A stretch of 38,884 nucleotides of DNA, taken from Chiloscyllium plagiosum. Lineage: Eukaryota. Below are positions 33,801-38,884 of this stretch, in pieces. The notes below the pieces were generated by a model. The model saw only the letters and a program-made list of their open reading frames with translations, did not search any database and was not told the DNA's origin. Position 1 is the first letter of the stretch. Each line of letters starts with the position of its first letter. Location of the stretch: the NCBI RefSeq assembly GCF_004010195.1, contig NW_025214078.1, positions 1-38,884 on the forward strand. Reading direction: 5' to 3'. The translations under genes and the position numbers were made by a program.

Positions 33801-34153
33801 GGGGGCTGGGGGGAGGGGGGAGGGGTGGAGGTGGTCGGGCCCCCTCCCCCACCCTCCGCAGGGGGCGATGAAGGAGGAGGGGAGGGCGTCCGCTCCCCGG
33901 CCTGTTCCGGGGAGCCCGGTGCCGAGGGGTGGGGACTGGGGGTGGGCGTCGGCGTCCCCTGCCCTCCGGAGGCGTCCTTGTCCCCCGCCTCCTCCTCCTC
34001 CTCCTCCTCCTCTCCCCTCCCTCTTCCTCCAGCGGGGTAGGCCATTCGCGTCCTGATGTAGTAGTAACTCTCGACGAGGGAGTCCGTCCTGAGCGGGGCG
34101 CGGGCGTCTTCCGGGGCCGCCCCCTCTTCGCGTTTCGGGCGGTGGGTGGGGTC
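24827..34153 (-). CDS. Giant coding exon of an uncharacterised ~3100-aa Thr/Ser/Glu/Pro/Gly-rich repeat protein, predicted mostly disordered
   Basis: The 3072-aa ORF stays open across unique and diverged-repeat sequence. Its frame extends 36 codons upstream of the ATG at 34045 (DPTHRPKREEG...SYYYIRTR) to a phase-0 acceptor: TAACTCAC branch-like motif, polypyrimidine tract, then CCAG|GAC at 34154/34153. Confidence 0.82.
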   Translation of the reverse strand, partial: DPTHRPKREEGAAPEDARAPLRTDSLVESYYYIRTRMAYPAGGRGRGEEEEEEEEAGDKDASGGQGTPTPTPSPHPSAPGSPEQAGERTPSPPPSSPPAEGGGGGPTTSTPPPSPQPPEDQRAAWEQVLSMYGEGQEERGAVPGSPPPWVGAGGPPPAPLDVPASWGEILTIYTRDEKSAARVLPGSSVDDRSVWGRVLMAESWEGAGAGRGGSGSSPEPPPPPPPPPRSCPPTPSWGGLSEWALLPEAPADSDRDLASMLFPGSGPGSSATLRSSSGLLLEGPRTSDRLLLLPPERAPATGGLPLPEWALPTGKPPQPEQAPATGGVSPLPTALLATGGLPLSEWALPTGKLPPPEQAPATGGVSPLPVALPATGGLPLLESALPTGKLSPPEQSPATGGMSPPPMALPATGGLPLPEWSVPMGKLSLPEQVPATGGLSLSEWVLSMGKLSPPQQVLTTGRLSLPEPVLARGILRPADEVRATGRLSLPEQVLATGKPTALGPHVSAGTLTLLEQALASSQLSPLEQLLATGRLSPPDYILTTGERSPSEQAPAAGRHLPQERAGATSPPAQTPSTGGLSEQTLATSRLSRPEQTLSTGELSVSPTWSESSLATDRPSANEPSVITVIRVEMLRPRDVLLTGDISQWERTPDEQSLLEHPLAAPETPQRTVAIGELSPDGEQTGQPALTPQTKSTGESPPSDQALDSGVTLATGDILPLEQILTTMTPGEMSPPGQGPAEREASPLGKAQTTGKVLLSDQEPTPGELPPPAETGGLSLSEEILTIGILLLTDQKTGTGEFSLTEDTVTTSERSLSGQVLATGESSPTEETMTTGERSLSGQVLATGESSPTEETVTTGERSLSSQVLATGESSPTEETVTTGERSLPGQVLATGESSPTEETVTTGERSLPGQVLATGKVSPPEETVTTGERSLPDQVLATGKVSPPEETVTIGELFLPDQVLVTGETSPTEKTVTTGERSLSNQVLATGKTSPPEETVTIGELSLPDQVLAPGEISPTEKTVTTGERSLSNQVLATGKTSPPEETVTTGELSLPDQVLATGKVSLTEETVATGELSLPDQVLVTGEISPTEKTVTTGERSLPDQLLATGEISLSEETVTTGERSLSGQVLATGKISPPEETVTTGEHSLPGQVLATGESSLTKETLTIGELSLPGQVLAMGKISPTEETVATGERSLPDQVLATGKVSPTEEPMTTGERSLPGQVLVTGEISPTEETVTTAELSLPDQVLATGKVSPSEETLTIGELSLPGQVLATGEISPSEETVTTGVHSLPDQVLAKAEISPTEEPMTTGELSLPGQVLATGESSPPEETVTTGKRSLPDQELATDDVSLTEEPMTTGLLSLLGQVFATGETSPPEETVTSGELSLPRQALATGEISPTEETVTIGELSLPGQVLATGEISPTEKTVTTGERSLPDQVLATGEISPLEETVATGERSLPDQVLATGEISLSEETVTTGELSLPGQVLATGEISPPEETVTTGERSLPDQVLATGEISLSEETVTTGELSLPGQVLATGKIPPPEETVTTGERSLPDQVLATGKISPSEETVTTGERSLPGQVLSTGEISLSEETVTTGERSLPGQVLATGDISPPEETVTTGELSLPDEVLATGELSPLEETVTTGERSLPGQVLATGKIPPPEETVTTGERSLPGQVLATGKISPSEETVTTGELSLPDQVLATGKISPLEETVTTGERSLPGQVLATGKISPSEETVTTGERSLPGQVLATGEISLSEETVTTGERSLPGQVLATGDISPPEETVTTGELSLPDQVLATGEISPLEESVTAGERSLPDQVLAPGESSPPEETVTTGERSLPDQVLATGDISPPEETATTGEPSLPDQTLTTGKLLLTDLMLNTGEIPPPEETWSTGEMLLDQAPIKGAPPPQVQALTTDKQSPSEQMLSTSEASSSDQTLSTSEISQSEQTLSTGEISPAEEPLAADEVSPSEQVRATGKISPSGQKLVVGVMTPPDLTLTTGELLPSEQAPTTGGLSPAEQTRTTGATSSPEYTQIIAKSRPSAITMATGELSPQEQVLATGEISPSVQTECSDELSPLERLLTTEEISLSEQTLIHTQAAVPTGELSAQEQAPGTGELSTLNQKLCSGEVTPPDQAQSTGKPCPSEDAMTPAKRPPMDNTLRPGEIGQAVPTGAMTTAEQVQLRGELALPEETGERTDPGQTKTTGGQSPPAETLATGETEETLCLGDSLLLEPVLTTGKRSPSEWSPREGKVPSVEEYLPTGDKLPPEQTLATGELTPSEQTLTTGEVSPCEQPSMTGRRLPSEQAQTVGGLAELEKRGTAGELSPSERTLPTGEISPCEQTPTTGRLSPSDLTVTTGGMSQSEQTLTTGKTSPCEEITATGRTQPPEQMSTSETASCDEAAATGGTPSEQLMATGRISSSDGFMAPGGIPPEQSLATSEISSGDEIVAIGGASSEEPLAPDETSSCDEAAATGRALSEQPPATSETSSCDEAVATGRALSEQPPATSETSSCDKATATGSTPSEQLTATGKIYCDGFAAPDGIPPQQSLATGEISSSDEIVATGAAPSEEPLATGEISSCDEIVATGGAPLEEPLTTGEISSCDEAAATGGTPSEQPFATGEISSCDAIVATGGASSEEPLPTGETSSCDEAAATGGAQSEQPPATGETFSCDEAAATGGALSERPPATGETSSCDEAAATGGALSEQPPATGETSSCDEAVATGGALSEWPPATDETSSRDQSAATGGTPDQTTGGRTPAAGDGASCQSETSSSSSSSSSPPSPSSPSSTSSPSSSSQGQAGTARLEWGLAPPAPSPARLPPASEGGTPGREGPRLAAAGGGAEASPTPETLTLAGMSPAELTPTAGTLTTLGGRGATTPDNPGEGPSSGLSPAPYPHFEAPSSGQSTDAESAPSGHSWPGGGPPPPPTSATQPHPPRHRLPRPTQTQAPAQACDPLVIVTLFSHLTSSGDSPSSLTTASSSRGEVSEGPPGTETPPPPPPHPPPPSEPCPCPETDPAPPPPPPAVPPDDYDHVLFGILYPQPRRPPAVVVTDNAMMEVAEEDQEFWATLYFGGGVERARGLLGRRLVQAGRRAVR
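25870..26960 (-). repeat. Coding repeat block of ~69 bp / 23 aa (TGETSSCDEAAA-TGGALSEQPPA), about 15 copies, containing Cys
   Basis: Visible in the translation and as CCTGTAG anchors alternating about 33 and 36 bp apart. Confidence 0.88.
28550..31745 (-). repeat. Coding repeat block of 72 bp / 24 aa (TGERSLPGQVLA-TGEISPPEETVT), about 44 copies
   Basis: Two alternating 36-bp monomers (CCTGTAGCCAATACC... and CCTGTAGTCACGGTC...) with many substitutions but no frameshift or stop on the minus strand. Confidence 0.95.
32830..33265 (-). repeat. Coding repeat block of 111 bp / 37 aa (TGGLPLPEWALP-TGKPPQPEQAPA-TGGVSPLPTALLA), about 3.5 copies
   Basis: The AGTCC(G/A)CCTGT anchor recurs at 33243, 33132, 33021 and 32910, a 111-bp spacing. 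Confidence 0.88.
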
Positions 34154-34231
34154 CTGGCGTTGAGGGAGGGGGGAGGTGGAGAGACGGGAGGGTGAGTTAT
34201 TACGCCCGTCTGCCTTCCTTTACACCCCCAC

Positions 34232-34332
34232 CCGACCTCCCGCCCCGGCTCCCTCTCCATCCCTTTCCCCCCGGCGTTTCCGCTCGGCGGCCAGCCACTT
34301 GGAAATAGCGATCACAACGTCGGACGCGCAGA
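34232..34332 (-). CDS. Possible 101-nt internal exon (xCASDVVIAISKWLAAERKRRGERDGEGAGAGGR)
   Basis: Acceptor CTCCCCTCTCTCCAG|TC with an upstream TACTCAC motif, and a weak donor CGG|GTGGGG. Phase 1 in and phase 0 out fits both flanking exons and leaves a 78-nt intron. Confidence 0.4.
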
Positions 34333-34420
34333 CTGGAGAGAGGGGAGTCCCGCAACTAGACCAGGTGAGTAGGTGGCGGGAGTGGGGGGGAGGAATGCTG
34401 GTGTGGGGGAGGGGAGGGGG

Positions 34421-37400
34421 TTGTCCCGTAGTGCCCTGGGATGTGCAGGTTAGGGTGGATTGGCCTTGGGGAAATTGTCCCGTAGTGCCCAGGGATGTGT
34501 GGGTTAGGGTGGGTTGGCCGTGGGAAATTGTCCCGTAGTGCCCAGGGATGTGCGGGTTAGGGTGGGTTGGCCGTGGGAAATTGTCCCGTAGTGCCCAGGG
34601 ATGTGCAGGTTAGGGTGGTTTCGCCATGGGAAATTGTCCCGTAGTGCCCGGGGTTATGCAGGTTAGGGTGGTTGCCCGTGGGGAAATTGTCCCGTAGTGC
34701 CCAGGTATGTAGAGGTTAGGGGGGATTGGCCGTGGGGAAATTGTCCCGTAGTGCCCAGGGATGTGCAGGTTCGGGTGGATGGCCGTGAGGAAATTGTCCC
34801 GTAGTGCCCAGGGATGTACAGGTTAGGGTGGATTGGTCGTGGGGAAATTGTCCCATAGTGCCCAGGGATGTTCGGGTTAGGGTGGATTGGCCGTGGGAAA
34901 TAGTCCCGTAGTGCCTAGGGACGGGCACGTTAGGGTGGATGGGCCATGGGTAACTGTCCCGTAGTGCCAGGGACGTGCAGGTTAGGGTGGGTTGGCCATG
35001 GGAAATTGTCCCGTAGTGCCCAGGGATGTGCAGGTTAGGGTGGGTTGGCCGTGGGAAATAGTCCCGTAGTGCCTAGGGACGGGCACGTTAGGGTGGATGG
35101 GCCATGGGTAACTGTCCCGTAGTGCCAGGGATGTGCAGGTTAGGGTGGATGGGCCATGGGTAACTGTCCCGTAGTGCCCAGGGATGTGCAGGTTAGGGTG
35201 GGTTGGCCATGGGAAATTGTCCCGTAGTGCCCAGGGATGTGCAGGTTTGGGTGGGTTGGCAATGGGGAAATTGTCCCGTAGTGCCCAGGGATGTGCAGGT
35301 CAGGGTGGATGGGCCATGGGGAATTGTCCCGTAGTGCCCAGGGATGTGCAGGTTAGGGTGGATTAGTGTTGGGAAATTGTCCCGTAGTGCCCAGGGATTA
35401 CAGGTTTTGTGGATTGGCCCTGGGAAATTGTCCCGTAGTGCCCAGGGATGTGCAGGTTAGGATGGGTTGTCCGTGGGAAATTGTCCCGTAGTGCCCAGGG
35501 CATCCATGGGCAGGTTAGGGTGGGATGGCCGTGGGAAATTGTCCCTGTAGTGCACAGGGATGTGCAGGTTAGGGTGGGTTGGCCGTGGGAAATTGTCCTG
35601 TAGTGCCCAGGGATGTGCAGGTTAGGTTGGATTGGCCATGGGAAATTGTCCCGTAGTGCCCAGGGATGTGGAGGTTAGGGTGGATTCGCTGTGGGAAATT
35701 GTCCCGCAGTGCCCAGGGATGTGCAGGTCAGGCTGGATTAGCCGTGGGAAATTGTCCCGTAGTGCCCAGGGATGTGCAGGTTAGGGTGGATTAGCCGTGG
35801 GAAATTGTCCTGTAGTGCCCAGGGATGTGCAGGTTAGGGTGGATTGGCCATGGGGAAATTGTCCTGTAGTGCCCAGTGATGTGCAGGTTAGGGTGGATTG
35901 GCCGTGGGAAATTGTCCCGTGGTGCCCAGGGGTGTGAGGGTTAGGGTGGATTTGCCACGAGAAATTGTCCCTTTGTGGGTTGGCTGTGGTGAAATCGTCC
36001 CATAGTGCCCAGGGATGTGCGTGTTAGGAATCGGCCATGGGAAATTGTCCCGTAGTGTCCAATGATGTGCAGGTTAGGGTGGGTTGGCCGTGGGGGAATT
36101 GGCCCGTAGTGCCCAGGGATGTACAGGTTAGGGTGGGTTGTCCGTTGGAAATTGTCCCGTTGTGCCTAGGGATGTGCGGGTTAGGGTGGATTTGCCACGA
36201 GAAATTGTCCCTTTGTCCCTTTGTGCCCAGGGATGTGCAGGTTCGGGTGGGTTGGCCGTGGGGACAGTGTCCCGTAGTGCCCAGGGATGTGCAGGTTAGG
36301 GTGGATTGGCCGTGGGAAAATTGTCCCGTAGTGCCCAGGGATGTACAGGTTAGGGTGGATTGTCCATTGGATATTGTCTCGTTGTGCCCAGGGATGTGCG
36401 GGTTAGGGTGGATCGGCCGTGGGGAAATTGTCCCATATTGCCCAGGGATGTGCGGGTTAGGGTGGATCGGCCGTGGGAAATTGTCCCCTAGTGCCCAGGG
36501 ATGTACAGGTTAGGGTGGGTTGCCCATTGGAAATTGTCCCGTTGTGCCCAGGGATATGCGGGTTAGGGTGGATTTGCCACGAGAAATTGTCCCTTAGTGC
36601 CCTGGGATGTGCAGGTTAGCGTGGGATTGGCCGTAGGGAAATTGTCCCATAGTGCCCAGGGATGTACAGGTTAGGGTGGGTTGGTCGTGGGAAATTGTCC
36701 CGTAGTGCCCAGGGATGTGCCGGTTAGCGTGGGATTGGCCGTGGGATATTGTCCCCTAGTGCCCAGGGATGTGCAGATTAGGGTGGGATTGGCCGTGGGG
36801 AAATTGTCCCGTAGTGCCCAGGGATGTGCAGGTTAGGGTGGATTGGCCGTGTGGAAATTGTCCCGTGGTGCCCAGGGGTGTGCAGGTCAGGGTGGGTTGG
36901 CTGTGGTGAAATTGTCCTGTAGTGCCCAGGGATGTGCGTGTTAGGGATCGGCCATGGGAAATAGTCCCGNNNNNNNNNNNNNNNNNNNNNNNNNNNNNNN
37001 NNNNNNNNNNNNNNNNNNNNNNNNNNNNNNNNNNNNNNNNNNNNNNNNNNNNNNNNNNNNNNNNNNNNNNNNNNNNNNNNNNGTCCCGTAGTGCCCAGGG
37101 ATGTACAGGTTAGCGTCGGATTGGCCGTGGGGAAATTGTCCCATAGTGCCCAGGGATGTGCGGGTTAGGGTGGATTGGTCTTGGGGATAGTGTCCCATAG
37201 TGTCCAGGGATGTGCAGGTTAGGGTGGATTGGCCGTGGGAAATTGTCCCGTAGGACTCAGGGATGAGCAGGTTAGGGTGGATTGGCCGTGGGAAATTATC
37301 CCGCAGTGCCCAGGGTTGTGTGGGTTAGGGTGGATTGGCCGTGGGGAAATTGTCCCATAGTGCCCAGGGATGTACAGTTTAGGGTGGGTTGGCCGTGGGA

Positions 37401-37510
37401 AATTGTCCCGTATTGCCCTGGGATGTGCAGGTTAGGGTGGATTGACCGTGGGGAAATTGTCCTGTCGTGTCCAGGGATGTGCAAGTTAGGGTGGATTGGC
37501 TTTGGGAAAT
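34421..37510 (+). repeat. 53-bp minisatellite (~58 units) derived from the central part of an HE1-like SINE
   Basis: Unit GGGAAATTGTCCCGTAGTGCCCAGGGATGTGCAGGTTAGGGTGGATTGGCCGT, moderately diverged. It resembles the GATGTGCAGGTTAGG-TGGATTGGCCATG-TAAATTG segment of shark SINEs (origin recalled, not searched). Confidence 0.9.
36970..37082. other. Assembly gap (113 N)
   Basis: Run of N inside the 53-bp minisatellite. Confidence 0.99.
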
Positions 37511-37554
37511 GTAGGAATGGGTCTACATTTTCAATGGTATCTGATCACCCCGGA

Positions 37555-37710
37555 GAACGGATTTACCAGGATTGTACTCCACGGGTCAGAGTGTTTTGGC
37601 GATGCAGAGAAAATGGGGGTTGGGCAGTGGGAGTGGGCATATTATTGAGATGTGTAGAGTGATGTGGGGCAGAGATGGGGTTGACAGGAAAAAAGTTTTC
37701 CCTTTGATCA
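37555..37710 (+). mobile_element. Highly decayed CR1 ORF2 3' fragment
   Basis: GATTTACCAGGAT (RFTRM-like) and GATGGGGTTGACAGGAAAAAAGTTTTCCCTTTG (DRVDRxKLFPL-like). Confidence 0.45.
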
Positions 37711-37749
37711 ATCGATCAGTGGGAATGTATTAATATTTGTTTGTTTAAA

Positions 37750-38510
37750 TTTAAACCAGGCTGGTGGCTACGGAGTGACAGTTAACTGCCAAGTGTCATG
37801 CAAACGTAAACCAGGCTGGTCGTAATGGAGTGACAGTTAACCGATGAGGATTGTTAAAGTTTAAACCAGATGAGTGGCAATTGAGTGAGTTTACTGCTGA
37901 GTTTTGCAAAACGTTAAACTGGGCTGGTAGAGATTGAGCGACAGTCAACGGCTGAGTTTTGCAAAACTTTAAACTGGGCTGGTAGAGGTTGAACGACAGT
38001 TAACTGCTGAGTTTTGTAACCCTTTAAACTGGGCTGGTAGAGATTGAGTGACAGTTAACTGCTGAGTTTTGTAACCCTTTAAACCGGGCTGGTGGAGATT
38101 GAGTGACAGTTAACTGCTGAGTTTTGTAACCCTGTAAACTGGGCTGGTGGAGATTGAGTGACAGTTAACTGCTGAGATTTGTTTAAATTTAAACCGAGCT
38201 AGTGTGGAAACCAATTGACAGTTAACTGCCGAGCTTAGCGTAAATGTAAACCAGGGTGGTTGGGGACCGATTGACAGTTAACTGCTAGGGCATTGTTTAA
38301 ATTTGAACCACACAATTCGAGACTAGTTGCAAGGGAGGGAAAATGACGAGTACCTGTGCAGAGAGAAAGTGAGGAGGCGTGGTGCAGAAGGAGAGAGCAA
38401 CTGCTGAGTTTTTGTTAATTTTTAAACTCGGTCGGTGGAGATTGACAGTTAACTGCCAGATTTGTGTAAATTTAAATTGGGCTGGTGGAGATTGAGCGAC
38501 AGTTAACTGC
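37750..38510. repeat. 55-bp tandem repeat (~12-13 units, interrupted near 38300-38395) containing the palindrome CAGTTAACTG
   Basis: The GGGCTGGT anchor recurs at 37921, 37976, 38031, 38086 and 38141. Unit is approximately TTTAAACTGGGCTGGTAGAGATTGAGTGACAGTTAACTGCTGAGTTTTGTAACCC. Confidence 0.92.
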
Positions 38511-38593
38511 TGTGCGAGACAGGGCATGAATGGGACAGGGTTTGGGGTGATGGGGGTGTTGGGGGGGAGGTGTAGGGTTGGTTAAGTACTCAC

Positions 38594-38686
38594 CCTTGAA
38601 GACCCCGAACAGCACAGCAACTTTCTCACAGACATGGTTTTCGTCAGTTAGGGAGCGAGTTGCATTCGGATATATACAAGCCCATT
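38594..38686 (-). CDS. 93-nt upstream exon of the minus-strand gene
   Basis: Acceptor TCTCTTCCCTTTCTGCTCTCTGGATAG| and consensus donor AAGG|GTGAGT. It either initiates at ACCATG (38635; MSVRKLLCCSGSSR, phase 0) or reads through as WACIYP...FGVFK (phase 1/1). Both options join in frame downstream. Confidence 0.68.
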
Positions 38687-38805
38687 CTATCCAGAGAGCA
38701 GAAAGGGAAGAGACCATTCAGGGAGCGGGCTGAAGGGCAGCAGGTCAAAATCCAAACTATTTCACCCCTCATGCAATATCTCACAGCGTTACAAAAGGCA
38801 GGGCC

Positions 38806-38884
38806 AGCACAGGGTCAGATACAGGGGAAGGCTCCCTCTACACTGTCCCCCCCCCCTATCAAACACTCCCAGTGACAGGGACAG
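38806..38884 (+). repeat. One unit of a common shark satellite-like repeat, cut by the window end
   Basis: GGGTCAGATACAG...GCTCCCTCTACACTGTCCCC...ATCAAACACTCCCAG...ACAGGGACAG resembles a ~70-bp repeat I recall from shark genomes. Not searched. Confidence 0.5.

Noticed and set aside
24827..34153. Assigning a known gene name (mucin, aggrecan, RTL9, AHNAK-like)
   Set aside because: The similarity is only compositional. No diagnostic domain, signal peptide or Ser-Gly repeat pattern is visible.
25140..34195. Many + strand ORFs (703, 582, 596, 337 aa and others) and short alternate-frame minus ORFs
   Set aside because: These are antisense or out-of-frame shadows of the repetitive, GC-rich main CDS. 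They are interrupted by stops, whereas the minus main frame is not.
34270..34370. + strand donor CAG|GTGAGT at 34364/34365 (and AGG|GTGAGT at 34191/34192) suggesting a divergent gene and bidirectional promoter
   Set aside because: The same bases read as CTCAC branch-point motifs placed correctly before minus-strand acceptors, and I found no downstream + strand exon. Not fully excluded.
34716..37662. Small ORFs within the 53-bp minisatellite
   Set aside because: The unit length is not a multiple of three and the translations cycle through frames, so these are repeat artefacts.

Overview
Vertebrate genomic DNA, most likely a shark (inferred from CR1 LINE remnants, HE1-type SINE sequence and a Penelope-like terminal repeat). 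Most of the window is one minus-strand locus. A 93-nt exon (38686-38594) and a possible 101-nt exon (34332-34232) precede a ~9.3-kb coding exon (34153-24827). That exon encodes a ~3100-aa low-complexity protein I do not recognise, built from a 12-aa Thr-Gly-anchored monomer arranged into three higher-order repeats. Just after its TGA stop begins a ~22.8-kb tandem array of a 60-bp unit (~381 copies, ~367 of them identical). The array stays in frame as a mucin-like Pro/Thr/Ser repeat, and on the gene's sense strand each unit carries TACTAAC (one has TACTAAT), the optimal branch point and SF1/QKI motif. Its left end abuts a decayed CR1 element. The upstream intron holds a 53-bp SINE-derived minisatellite with an assembly gap and a 55-bp repeat with palindromic MYB-type sites. 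The array length may be an assembly artefact, and the gene model rests only on splice signals and phase.
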